Origin: Chlorokybus atmophyticus
Taxonomy: Eukaryota > Plantae > Mesostigma and Chlorokybus algae
Assembly (NCBI GenBank): GCA_009103225.1
Contig: RHPI01001616.1
Coordinates: forward strand, 126,640 to 190,639
DNA: 64,000 nt
Direction of reading: 5' to 3'
This document shows positions 49,334-61,672 of this stretch, in pieces. Position numbers and translations under genes: made by a program. Below the pieces are notes generated by a model. It was not told the origin of the DNA, made no database searches, and saw only the letters and a program-made list of their open reading frames with translations. Position 1 is the stretch's first letter; each line of letters begins with the position of its first letter.

Positions 49334-51055
49334 TCACTCAACGCGTTCAGTCTTGCGCAACCTTTCTTGGTCGTTCAGCTCCGAGCCGAGTCCGAGTCCC
49401 ATATCGTAACCACGAGCCAATGCGAAGCGCAGCGCCAACCATGCGAACGCGAGACACACCACGCAAAGCGCCAGCGCGGGGAGGGTGCTGGCTGGCAGAG
49501 ACCCCAAAATCAACTCATCCAACTCTGCATAGTAGAGAGCACAGAGCAATGCAAGTCAGGGACAATGTGGCTGTTCTATTCTATTCTAGAAGTTGCTGCC
49601 ACCATAAGTGTGCGTGCGTTCGTGCCCGTGCAATGATGCACTACACGACACGTACACATGCAATGTAAAATCAGGCCAGTGTTATTGTCTAGTGCCAAAG
49701 GAGCAATCAATCGTAATGCATCACATATTGATTATAAAACATCGTCATATTCGTACGGAGGTTGAACTCAACATATGGAGCGTGCGGTTTCCCAGATGGC
49801 CGCACTCCTTCTCGCCTTGCACGGACAAGTAGATAGATATATTCGCCTTGCTCATCCTAAACAAAACACCAAGCACATCAATTGGGCTGAGTATCTGAAT
49901 CAATACACATGCACAAACGTACCCGCTCATGCCCATGCGCACGCAAGCACGCACGCACGCATGCATGCACACCCTGCATGCCAATTGCTCTTACCTGTAG
50001 ACGCCCATGCTCATCAACTTTGAACACCACTTTCTCGGCGTTCAACAGCCGGCGATGGCGATAACGCAGCCTTTGTTGGTTCTCCGAGTGTGTTGATGAA
50101 ACACTCAGGTCAAATACTGTCGGAATCTGCATGAGAAAGGGATATCAGCAATGACTTTGTACACAATGACTCTGCGTGGATGTGTTTCCATGTGGAACAT
50201 TGGAACGTGGCAGTGATTGCATGCAGCGCCAATGCAGCCTGCGTGCTGCAGCCTGCTTGCACTGCATGCAACAGCAAAGGTACTTCCTACCATACATCGA
50301 TGCATCGCCCACTCAGGCTCAAACAGCAGAATGCTAATGCACAACACGCGCTTGACTCTTTAAGTTGTGGGACATAGATTGGCAGCAGTATCATACTGCT
50401 GGTGCAGATGGTCTGCATGACAGAAGAGGTGCGTGTGTCTGTGCGTGCGTGCATGCTCTTTTTCTCACACACGCGCGCGTGCACGCGAGCTGAGAGAGAG
50501 CACGAAGTGTTGTAGTGAGACTATTCACAATGTTCAACAACACAGCCGCACTCATAGCGCTGCAATTTGCACACCATATTCGCAAGCAGAACTCAACACC
50601 TCCCAGCAAGGGCCTTGACAGAGTGCAGTGAGTGAGACCTTGAGTCAGTAATGACGCAGCAACACAGAAAGCCAAGACAATACCCCATTGACATTTTAAA
50701 CACAACCAGTCAGCCAAGCAATTGCTTTATTAACAGTTCAATGACTCAACCGTCAATTGACTGACAGATCTGAAAGGAACTTAGAACCAATACTGCTGTA
50801 CGAGTGCAGTGACTGAGTCTCACTCACGCTGGCAGGCCAGCAAACCCTCGCTTCATAGGCAGCTCCCCACTTCACCCCTTCAATCCTATACAACCCCACC
50901 GCCCCTCCTCCTTCATGCTGGAAGTAGTAGAGGCGCTGGGAGAGCAGCGGCCGGCCGGGCGCCAGCACGGGGAGGTCGCCGTCGTCGACAGCCCCGGACA
51001 ACGACCCGGCCGCTAGCAACGCCGCCAGCAACAGCGACAACAACCACACGGCCAT
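49334..51055 (-). CDS. Signal-peptide, single-pass membrane protein of a conserved plant/algal family (possibly Pga1/PIG-X-like GPI cofactor), 4 exons
   Basis: MAVWLLSLLLAALLAAG..LYRIEGVKWGAAYEARVCWPAS|IPTVFDL..RRLLNAEKVVF|..YIYLLVRARREG..VEFNL|(Q)LDELILGSLP, then a TM helix and stop at 49334. Exon phases are compatible. The family name is from memory and unverified. Confidence 0.75.
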
Positions 51056-51779
51056 GCTGTGGGGCTTGCACACATGCGTGTTGGAAAAGCCCAAAGACTT
51101 GCAAGCGACACTTGGTGCTATACCAAGCGAGGATGGTACAGGTTGTTGATTGTACAGAGCAGTTGTGTCCTCGTGTATGCAAACAAACACATGCATGCTG
51201 CATACACGGGCACACGCATTTACGTGCTGCGTTCTGCGACATATCTGATGCAAAGGACTTCCACGGGACGAGCAAACGATTGTAGATGGCAAGTGGCATC
51301 ATCGACAATGATGCGTTGTGCACAGGTTGTGAAATGGGTGTCAAGAAACTACTATATTGTCAACACCAACAGTGGTTGCGCACGCGCACACATAACTGCC
51401 TCCCGCATATCCTGTACACTCTGGTAAACCGCCTGCCGCAACTCTCAGTATTGTGGGAGGTAGCTTGCTACCAATCAATACTATAGGCATAACGTACTTT
51501 GGCACGCTACACATGTGCGAATTCAAGGCAATGTACAGGATATGCGCGGTGCTGTTAGACATGCGTAGTCACTCTGCTCAACGGCATACCATGCAACAGC
51601 AAGACCACCACCGGGCCATCAAGTACTGTGTACATAAATTTCAAGAACTGTTCTAGGCATGCAATGAATGCCTTGCATTCGTTGAACATGCACATAGTCA
51701 CTCACTAACTGCCAGCACACACCTTTCTTCAAACACATACCTTCATTTGCCAATCAACACCACCCGGCACAGCCAACTA

Positions 51780-52260
51780 CTGAATGCTATCTACCACTAG
51801 CTACCCCACCCTGTTAGTTATGCACATGCAGTGGTTTTAACCTGTGTCAAGTGTGTCTCTACTCACTACACTGACTACTAGCACCTTACCTACCCACAGG
51901 CTGCCCCGTTAGACATGCCCGCTACCCATAGGCTTTGTGCAGCAGGCTGGTTCCTTGCCTGCTAATGCCAACTGCCTCGCCTGGCATCTGCGCATAGTGC
52001 ACTAGTGCATATAATATAAGCCCTTGGTAGCTGAAGTTGTTTGCCCCCGCCTTTGCTGTTGGCTTGTTTGTGTTGCATGTGTTGATTGCTTACACACCAG
52101 TGTGCATGACTGTGCATGGTTGACCCGGATCTACACCCTATGCACACACTCTACTTGTGTACAGGTAACTACGCATGCATGTTGACTAACGGGGCAAGGG
52201 CTTAGCGAAAGTAGCTACCTAGTTTGTATAGGTAGCCCGGTGGTGTAAGAAGTTGTTTGC
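51780..52260. repeat. Three copies of the GCATGnCTAACRGGG repeat family (two minus, one plus) in a divergent arrangement
   Basis: ccctgttag at 51809 and ccccgttagacatgc at 51904; cag|gtaact..gcatgttgactaacgggg at 52162-52194, followed by tagcccggtggtg. Confidence 0.7.
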
Positions 52261-52691
52261 TGGCGTGTGCAAGTGTGCGTGTGTGTGTGCATGTCATGTT
52301 CACAATGCAATGGGGTCACATGCATAACATTGCATATATGTTACACATGCGCAGGCAGTGACCTGCCCACAGAGCCGTGTGCACAGTGCGCAACGACCCA
52401 TGCCTACCCACTGGCATGCACAACGCGTTATTGCCCATCCGATTAGCACTGAACAACGCACTCATTATACATTGTGTACTCTCCTGTGCATGTGCGTGCA
52501 TAAACACCTGGCACCGATGAAAAGGTAAACAAGAACCATCAACAAACTACTTAGGCATACTGCCACTGTACACATATGTGCCTTAAGCACCTAGCATTGT
52601 TGTTCTAACCACGTACCAAGGAGTGTGTACAGGTGAGGTTGGACTGGGCACCCAGAAAGAAGTAAGATAATCGGTAACACACAAACCGACA

Positions 52692-54573
52692 TCAATTCAC
52701 AGGCCGCCTCTTCAGTCCAGGCTTTGGGCTGGCGGCGAGGGCGACGAGGCCATTGCGGAACATTGGTATGGTCACGATAATTGTAGTAAAGGCGCCAACA
52801 AGGGCGAGGCTGACGGCTGACACGGACGCGGCAAGAGGCTCATTGGCAACGAGGGAAGCAGTGCCAAGGCCATGCGAGCACGCGCCGACAGCCACGCCAC
52901 GAGCAACGGGACCCTTGACGCCGGCTTTGGTGAGTAGAGTGGACGCAAAGTTGGCGCCGAGAAGGCCGGATAGCACCACGCCCACAACGGAGAGAGACAC
53001 ATCCGACCTGAGCATCTGCGCGATGGGGATGGCCAACGCGCTCATGACCGAGCGCGGCAGCGGGACGGTCGCCATCTTGTCGGAGAGTTTGAGCACGCGG
53101 GCTGCGAAGGCGGAGAAGATGAGGCTCAGCGCCGACCCGCCGAGCGTGCCACCGACGATGGGAAGCGCCTGCTGCTGCAGGAGCTTACGCTGGTTGTAGA
53201 GGGAAAATGCCAGTGAAATCAGACCAAGAGGCAGCGCTTCAAGGAGGATGTCACCCGCGCCGGCCTTGCGTAGGTTTCCGGTCTTGTACCGCCTCAGAGC
53301 CGCAGACCATTTGTTGTCTGTGACAAGGCCGAGGCCGATGGCGCTGAGGGAGGTCAGCACGCCACACGTGACTAGCGGATGCAACACCTTCGTTATGGAA
53401 GGTGGCGGCAGGCGCCCAACGAGATAGAACAGCACCGTCGACGCGAACATCAGTGGCGTTTCGGACACTGGCAGCAGCAAGGCGGTTGCGCTAACGGCGG
53501 TGGCAGCTGCCAAGATTGAAGGGAATTGTGGTCCCGGTCCAGCAGGAGCGGATGGCTTCATGTTGGCATCCACCACTGCTCCTTGCCTTGCTTCACTAGG
53601 GGGAGTCTCCAAGCCCATCACAATGCCAGCTGTTGTCAGCAGGTTGAACACAAAGCCACTTCCTGCGCAGCGCAGCGGAAGCTTGTGATGTGACTGGAAG
53701 TGCATGGACACAAGTCTGAGGTCTTCACGGCTTCTTACCGACAATGACGGCCAGTTTGACGGCATCAGCGGCTGAAGGAATGCCGGACACCGCCAATGGC
53801 AGTGTAATCTGTGTGCACAGCCGGTGTGAGCAACCCAACAACCAGATGCGCTAACTTGGTTCCTATCAGCAGGGTGAACACCTACAGGGTGTACAGTGTG
53901 TGAGCTCACCAAAGGAGTGACAAAGAAGAGAGGCAGCCACTGACTCAAAAACTGCACGCCAGGGGATGTCCAGCTGCACGATTGATCCCATCAGGTCAAG
54001 CAGCGAGAGACCACAAGCATGTCTCATGGAATCCACGGCTGCTTTGCACCCTACCTCAGCAACTTGGCTGTTGCTCTCGGGCTGGCTTGCTGCGACGCAC
54101 ACAGTGCAGCGAAGAGGCCAAGCATGCCAGCCAAGGCTGATGGGAATGAACCCTTAAGCACCTGCGGATTGATAGCCAGCAAGTAACATGAAGTGAGCAC
54201 ATGCAGCAGTACAAGTTCGCTGTGGACTGTGATTAGGCTGGACAACAGATGTGAACGCTTCAAGCAAGATACGGAACCATGAGGTTAGAAGTTACTTGCA
54301 AAGAATGGCTCTTACTTTGTCAATCAATCTGTTGCCGCCATATAATGCAGCAACCACAACTACGGTGCGAAGTCGCGATGACCACGGGTTCACAATCGGC
54401 TTGTCCTTGCCGGCAGCCATTTGTGCCTTTCGCTTCTCCCGCAAGTACAGCGTGATTGCCAGAAAGGCTGTGATAGGCGCGACTGATGTGGCCAACACTG
54501 TCCGGTTCAACAGCGCTCGCACCCATGGCTGCTGGCCAAGGCTGCCATACGCTTCTTTCAGAAGTACCTGCAC
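52692..54573 (-). CDS. PLGG1: LrgB-family plastid glycolate/glycerate translocator (PLGG1-like); 5' end unresolved, possibly extending to about 55270
   Basis: FPSALAGMLGLF; FLSQWLPLFFVTPL; ITLPLAV; KVLHPLVTC; LAFSLYNQRKLL; PRSVMSALAIPIA; GLLGANF; ARGVAVGACSHGLGTA..EP. Confidence 0.88.
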
Positions 54574-55864
54574 ACAATGCTGTCAGTCGACATGCAAACC
54601 AGCAACTTGGTGTGCTACCCCCATGCACACGACATCCACAGCGACAGCAAGACATCAACTGTTGCTGCACGCATGCTGCATTCAAAGCAACCACCATCAA
54701 GGACAATCACTGCCACCACCAACATGCGACATTGAGAAACTGGTGGTTGTTTGCACAGTTTGAGGTATCCATGTCTGACGTACCAACAGATAATATGTGC
54801 AATATGTGCAATATGTGTGTACATACAAAAAACTGCTCATGTTCCTAGTGTAAACTTGAGACAGTGCAGGTGTCCGAGGTTTAGAGACTGCACACATGCA
54901 TACGAAAGAATGGAGTGCGCCGTCAAGCATTGAATAAATCCCATGCAACGGACCTCAACCATGAGAAGCGCACTGTTCTTTCTTGTTTAGGGGCCAAACC
55001 TAGTTTCCTCAACGCATGCAGTTGCACGTGCTTTTACAGGCAATTGCTTGCAGTAGACTTGATGTTGTGCTGTACATGAAATGAACTGAGTATTGATGTG
55101 TTCATGCGTGCTTAACTCCAGCTGGACGTTGCCTGCGTTGGTCAAGACACTGCACACATGACGTCGAGAGACTACGCGCTCCTACTACCAAGCACCACTC
55201 TAGAAGCTCACGCATTGCATGCATTCCCACGTACCTGAAGCTGAAGCCCATTGTCGGCGCGAAGCGCGCTCATTGTGCTCATTGCGCCGGCCAAACAAAC
55301 AATCCCCAACCCTCGCAGTAGCAGCAAGCTTAAGCTTGTAGCTTCCTATCCTCCAGCCAACCCAAGACAACAGCGCAAGGCACACCGACACCAACCAAAC
55401 CACCAGCTAGGTGAGCGAGCGAACACTCGCACCCTGCCACCAGTACCCCCAGCTCAACCTTCCAGCACACTGTGAACCGCTGCTTGCAGCACTACCACCA
55501 GACGAAGCAAGGTAACCAGCAACAGGCAAGCAAACACAGTCTACAAACAAGCAAGGAAGCAACTCAGCAAGCAAGCAGTCCCAGCGATCAGCACGAAATC
55601 ATTCTCAGCAGAAAACGTAGCTCGCTGCCGCTCTCAGCCATGCATATCGACACGTAAATTAAGGATGCCAATCACGCACTACGTTAGCTTAACGCTTGAC
55701 ATTGCCAACACTGTACAGTAACCAGCCCGGTGCGTTGTCGAAAACCTGCACAACTAACGTTATGCTATAATTCTGCCTGATGGAAAATCAATCCCAAGTT
55801 TCGCCTGCCACGTCGGAGATGAGAACGCCGACAGTCGAATCACTATTGTCGGCAGAAAGCTGCA

Positions 55865-55915
55865 TTAGGGTTTGCTGAGGGTTTGGGCGCCAAAAGCCTG
55901 GCCTCGGTCTGGTGT
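55865..55915. promoter_or_regulatory. Telobox plus GCCTGG motif upstream of MED27
   Basis: TTAGGGTTT at 55865-55873; gcctggcctcggtctgg at about 55896. Confidence 0.55.
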
Positions 55916-55958
55916 GGCCGGGCTGCAGGGAGTGAGGGGGGACGTTTTATGGCCCGGG

Positions 55959-58900
55959 ATGGCGGCGGCAGCGCATTACGGCGCGGACAGGTACAGTGGG
56001 TCCACAACTGCTTGGCTTGAACCCACATAGAGCCCACATTGAAGCCTGGGTGGGTTCAATGTGCTAAGCTGCGGATAGGTGCTGTTGTGTCTGGCGAGGA
56101 GCAGAAGTTTGAACTCAGTGAGCTTCATGCTTACAGGTCGGATTCTCCTCTTGAAGGATTGGAAAGGGCAGCTCGGCAGCTTGCAGACGTGCGCACGGGC
56201 GTTGAAAAGGTGCTGGACTTGGTGGTTGAAGCTGGCAGGAAGAGAGAAACGCAACCCGCGCGCAAAGGTGTGTCATTGATGCGCGTGCATGCGACTTAAC
56301 GATGATGTACAAAAGGGGCATCTACATACTGCTGTGCAACATGAAGCATGACAATAGCGCACGCTACCGGCTCGCCATTAGTATGGCGTAACCCAGCGTG
56401 TGAGTATTGGCCTCATTTAGTTGATGGTTGGTGCTGACCGTTTGCTGCATGCACCAGCTTTTGTTCAACCGGGATCTAAATGCGTTGCCTGTGTTGAAGT
56501 GTGCACACTGGAATGTTGTTACGTCAGTTTAAGCGGATTCACTGCACTGCACAATATGATCAATCGGTACGCGTTTGTGGATGTGCTCGCAAGCTGGTGA
56601 ATATCTGTCGAGTTATCTCACACGTCCTTGCCTGCGGTTTCCTTGCGCAGCTGAGGGTGTGGGCGAGGCCTTGCAGACGGAGTGCGGCCTGGTGTCTGCA
56701 CACTTGTCGGCGCTCAGGAACACCTTCCTTGGCCTGGGAGGGCTGCTACCAAACCCGACGGCCAGCTTCCCACTGGTACGCTCCAGGCAATATTGTGAAT
56801 GATGCTATTTTTGAAATGCAGCGGTGCTTGAATTTGTTGCAGAAACGGCGTCAAATTGTCCATTGACTGAACACAGACCTTTATGCTGACATTATGCTAA
56901 CATGCGCAAATTTTGGCAGAGGCCTCCTCCACTATCGCTGCCATCACAACCAGATGCCATTGCACCAACATCAATATTGCACAAGTGGCGCGCTGCGGTT
57001 GCTTCCCAGGTGAATTGCTTGCAACCATGTATGGTCTACGGCAGCACAGCTGTCCAGTGGCACACGAGACCAATGCAAACTGTGTTGAGTAGTAGTCCAT
57101 TACAAGCGGACATACATGGTCTCAATCTCAAAGAGATTGAGTGCGGCTCTTGCCTCAAGGTTGAAACCGCCATGGAACAAGGCTGCAACCAATTGGTTCC
57201 GAGCTGGAGTCGGCCACATATGTGTTCTTGTTTGGCTCATGCATGTACGAGTTCTTGTTTGGGTCCACGCCGTTTGCATTGGTTTCAGGCTGTCTACGGG
57301 CTGCAAGACCAACCGATTTTTTCCATCATCATTGGCGAGTGCCATACCCAGTAGATAAATATTGCTATCGACCTCAGCCAGGGCTACCAACTATTCTTTA
57401 TGTCACACATCTTCGCATGACGAGATTCAGCCATAACTTTATGTCAACCTGTGCTGTTGTGACTTATTGTGCCCGTTGTTCATTGCCGTGGTGTAGGCAG
57501 CGAGGTCAAAAAGTGATTCGGCGCTCTCAGCGTTTCAATCCACCCTTACACGAGAATTTCCGGCACTAGCAGCTCAGGTGGACAACTTACAAAGCAACGC
57601 GCAGATCAGCACACTCGTTGCACGCTTGCAGTCGGCAGTCCCTGATGCCATTATCAGACTGCAACATAGGACACCCATGGGATACAGGGGGGCAAGCGAT
57701 GCAGCGACAGATGCAGCTTCAGCTTCAGGTGACACATACGTGCTTCATGGCGGATGCCTTGTATGCATGTATTGACAGTGGCGCTGCAATCAGGCTTGCA
57801 GCTGCAGTTTCCGGGCGTTTGGTGTGCGGCTGTTGCATTCAGCAGAACTGGCAGCGCATTCCCTGAGGCGGTTTCTCTGTTCTCTGACGAAGAGGTATGT
57901 GCACCTGCCTAAGGACACATACGATACTTGTTGATGGACAGTGTACAACAGCGCTGTGGTGTTGCTGTTAGTGCCTTCCCTGCTGTTTTTGATGCTTGGT
58001 GGCTTGGGAGCACAGGCCACGACTACAACTATCGATCCGTGGCATACTTCAGCACACGCTGTCTTCCGCTATGTTGCGGTACGCTTATTTGCCTGGTATT
58101 CATCCTGCGCTTGCCAGCACACCCAATGTCACGCGTAGACTGCACAATTACCTGTGCCCCATTTTCAAATTCAGCTCACTAAGAAATCAGTGTGTGGGAT
58201 GCCATCTGCATGAGCTGTACGAAGTGCGCAATGCAAATACCTTGAATGGCTTGCAGGGACACGCTATGAATGCGCTTTTCTTCTTTCAAAGAGTAGTACC
58301 ACATGTGGCGCTAGAGACTTTGCTGGTATCAACTTTTGCTTCCATTCGTTCGCTAAGTGCTATTCATTATACTTTGTGAGAGAGGTGGATGGGATTGTGG
58401 GTGGGCTTGCGCACGTGTGCATGCCAGAATGTAGAGTGAGCAGTCTTGCAGTTCCATATTGACTGGTAACCAAGGTTGGAGCTAACACAATCCTGCTGTG
58501 GTGCAGCTGTGGCTGGCGACCTACCGGAACCTTTTCGACACACCCTGCAGGTATGCTAGCAAAGTGCAAAGTGTGGGTCATGCTGTGTGTCCTGTGCATG
58601 CAAGTGCCTGTTAAGTCCACAGCATGGTTTGAACATCTTTCAACATGGATCAGCGCTAATCGTCAATGTTCAAGGAGGTTGCTGTATGTGTCATTGCACT
58701 GCACCAAGGCTCTTTCGATTCTGTTCTCAGCGTTGCATGGTCTGATCTGAGTAGGGACCGGGATGTTGTTGGACGTGTGAGTAGGCTTAACACCGTGCTG
58801 TTATTTTTGTCACTTGATAACGCAAGTTGCTATGCAATATGGGCATGTGTAGCGCGTGAGCGCGCGCAGACGCGTTTGTGCATGCATGTGCCTTTGCACT

Positions 58901-59184
58901 TGCGTGTGCATGTGTAGTTGTTGGTTGGTTCGTTTGTTCGTTCATTTGTTTGTTGGTTCATTGGTTCCTTGGTTTGTGTCTTCGTTTGTGTGTTGGTCAT
59001 AACCGTAGTGTCTGGCAGTGGGTGCAAGCAACGAGTTGCTGCAGACCCTATCACGCATTCGTTGCTACCGCCCGTGCTGCGACCATACTACACCTTCAGC
59101 CCAGCAAGCCTCGCTTCGCACACATCCAACGCCACAAATGATGCAGTCTACCACGTGCAGTGTTACCCAGATGTGCACGTATAG
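55959..59184 (+). CDS. MED27: Mediator complex subunit 27
   Basis: LEGLERAARQLADVRTGVEKVL; PDAIAPTSILHKWRAAVASQ; LQFPGVWCAAVAFSRTGSAFPEAVSLFSDEE; SAHAVFRYV; HAMNALFFF; LWLATYRNLFDTPC|SGC..DPITHSLLPPVLRPY..VYHVQC (C-terminal Zn site). Some internal exons are uncertain. Confidence 0.82.
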
Positions 59185-59589
59185 CCAAGCAGGTTATGCA
59201 CAAATGTACATACGACCAATATGAGTACAAGGTGCACAGCTTCAGCAGACACAGTCATAGGCAATGTGGCGCTGTTGTGAACAGGTGCAGCCATGTTTAG
59301 TGAATTGGGTAAGCTTGTCCAAGGGCGCAAACACTGTTGAGAATCAGCATGGTTGAATCCTTTGTATGCACCAGTTGTCAAACCCAAGCTTACTCCAATT
59401 GTGTAAATGGGGGTGTAGCTGATGTCACGTACGCACACATGACATCTTGTCGATAGAACCCTCATATGTTGTGTGTCCGTCTAGTCACAAGCCCGGGGGT
59501 GTTGTGTACATCAAATGCAGGACATGCACAACGTGTAGTCCAGTCAGCACGCAGCAACACATGCAAGGTGTCGTACAAATGACATTTAG

Positions 59590-61160
59590 TTGACCACCGG
59601 GCTACTACTAGCACGCTAATCTACTGCCTCTACCCCGTTAGACATGCAGCAGTCAATATGCAGTTGGTAATCACCTGCCCACATGGGCGTTGGTTAGTTG
59701 TTGGCGCTTTCGGTCACGCAGACAGCATGCAAATTGGTGACCAGGACTCCCCCTCCCTCTCTCCCTGGCTCCGCCTCCTTCCTCGCCCTCTGCTAGCGAC
59801 GCAGCAGGGTTTGCTGGGTTGTGTCGTAGTTGCGTTGCACTGCCGACGTCAGCAGTGCCTGGTCCAGTGCCCTCCGCACAGGTTGTGCTGTCTTCGGTTT
59901 GGGTGCTGGGCTGGTTAGGTGCTGGTTGGGGTTGGGTGGTGGGGTTGGTGTATAATGTATAGGATGCAGGGATTGTGGCATGCATGAGAGTGTGAGGCAT
60001 GCAATGCTAACAACACAGCACATCACTCAGCACTTACATTCACCGAGGGTTCAACCTACTCACTACCTACATAACTTCACTACTAGCCCAACCCCGTTAG
60101 ACACGCAGGCATGCATGCACGCGCTATTACCTGCACACGCGCATTGATTAGCGGACTTCTTGCAGCAGCGAGCACAATCAGAGTCTGCTGGTCGTTGTGG
60201 CCGAGGGCGCCTTGCTCAAGACTGATGTGTCAAGCGGTGTCGCAGGTAATGGCGCGTGCATGCATGCATGCATATCTAACGGGGTTGGGCTAGTAGTGAA
60301 GCTAGCTAGGTAGTGAGTAGGTTGAACACCCGGTGGTGAATAAGTGGTTGAGTATTGTGGTGTGTTGCTTGTGTTACAGGTTTCACACTCTCATGCATGC
60401 CACAATCCTTGCATCTTATATGTTGTACACCCCATGCCCTGGTTGGCGCTGCCGTCCCATGCCAGAGGCCAGTCCAGCTCGCTCATGCTGTCTTGGTGAG
60501 CGACTGGCTACCCTATGCTAAGGCATAGGGCGTGCATGTCACAATGCATGCTGCTATGTGGCAGTGGTGTGGTTGGGTGGGTGCTTGACCGGGAGCACCC
60601 TGCATGCGTAGATAGTGTTGGGTAGTTAGTTAGAGCCCGCCCTGTTGGCATGCATGGCGGTGCAAGAGGCTGAAGACGAAAGACAAACACAAGTCAAAGT
60701 ACATGGGGAGCAGGCAACTCGCCCGTGTCATCCGAGTAGGCGGACACGTGACCACGACCACAACCATGGAGGGAGTACTGCACATGCATGGCAGTGCATG
60801 CGCATGGTATGGTTGTTCAAACCCTAAGCGCGCAGCAGCGTGAGGACCGAGTCGGCAGCGACGGCCATTGTGGCGGTCGGTGGAGGGTTGAAGAGAGGCG
60901 GCGGGGGGAGTCTGCTGGTTGTTGTGGCCGATGGCACCTTGCTCAAGACTGATGCGTCAAGCGGTGTCGCAGGCAATGGCGCGTGCATGCTTGCATGTCT
61001 AACAGGGTTGGGCTAGTAGTGAGGCTAGGTAGGTAGTGACTAGGTTAAACACCCGATGGTGAGTGTAAGTGGTTGAGTGTTGTGGTGTATTGCTTGCGTT
61101 CCATGTTTCACACTCTCATGCATGCCACCATCCCTTCATCCTATATGTTGTACACTAGCA
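59590..61160. repeat. Cluster of four GCATGnCTAACRGGG-family copies: minus at about 59590-59675 and 59951-60134, plus at about 60242-60427 and 60968-61155
   Basis: Direct alignment of the copies. The two plus copies also share about 60 bp of upstream sequence (tctgctgg..ccttgctcaagactgatg.gtcaagcggtgtcgcag at 60183 and 60911). Confidence 0.9.
60819..60827 (+). promoter_or_regulatory. Telobox followed by a GC-rich leader-like segment
   Basis: Exact AAACCCTAA; no downstream ORF identified. Confidence 0.4.
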
Positions 61161-61325
61161 GGACCCAACGGACTCCCCCTCCCGCTTCACTTACAACCCC
61201 GCCGCCACCTCCCCCAGCCTACTGCCGTCTCGTTAATTGCCGTATTAATACTATGTGAAAATGTGGTCGTAATGGTGTACCAACTGCATCATTGTTGCAC
61301 CGTACGGCATACGAGTATGCATTGC

Positions 61326-61499
61326 AAGTCCATGTATACGGGTATATACGGGTATGCATCATAAGCTGTCCTTGCATACGGCAATAATACGTGCACATAA
61401 TGTTGGTAAACCAAGTCCATGAATACGAGTATATACGGGTATGCATCATAAGCTGTCCTTGCATACGGCAATAATACGTGCACATAATGTTGTTAAACC
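61326..61499. repeat. Tandem duplication, 2 x 87 bp
   Basis: aagtccatg.atacg.gtatatacgggtatgcatcataagctgtccttgcatacggcaataatacgtgcacataatgttg.taaacc starts at 61326 and 61413. Confidence 0.95.
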
Positions 61500-61510
61500 A
61501 GCGGTAATCC

Positions 61511-61672
61511 ACCTTTGTTGCATTGCCCCATCACCAGACAAATGCCCCTGCCCCAAGTTTAAAGCCATTGCGCACCGCGCGCCACCAGCAACCATTCACA
61601 ACTTGGTGACGCGCGGTGCATAACAGCATGAAACACGGGGCAAGGGCATTTTGGTGGCGGAACAGCAAAAGG
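61511..61672. repeat. Imperfect fold-back (MITE-like or hairpin-RNA-like)
   Basis: aaatgcccctgcccc (61540) pairs with ggggcaagggcattt (61637-61651), and gcaccgcgcgccacca pairs with tggtgacgcgcggtgc, each with one mismatch. Confidence 0.75.

Noticed and set aside
27985-51055. Apparent clustering of two GPI-pathway genes (GAA1 and the Pga1/PIG-X-like gene)
   Set aside because: They are 18 kb apart with unrelated genes between, and the second assignment is uncertain. Chance is sufficient.
48200-51300. Possible displaced kinesin motor exons for the NACK-tail gene
   Set aside because: The region holds 3' non-coding DNA and an unrelated membrane-protein gene; no motor motifs were seen.
57100-57390. 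Minus-strand ORF nested in MED27
   Set aside because: No recognisable motif; it overlaps probable MED27 exon and intron sequence on the other strand.
59590-61500. CRISPR-like or tRNA/rRNA interpretation of the repeats
   Set aside because: There is no regular repeat-spacer periodicity, no cas genes and no cloverleaf or rRNA signature. The context is eukaryotic.
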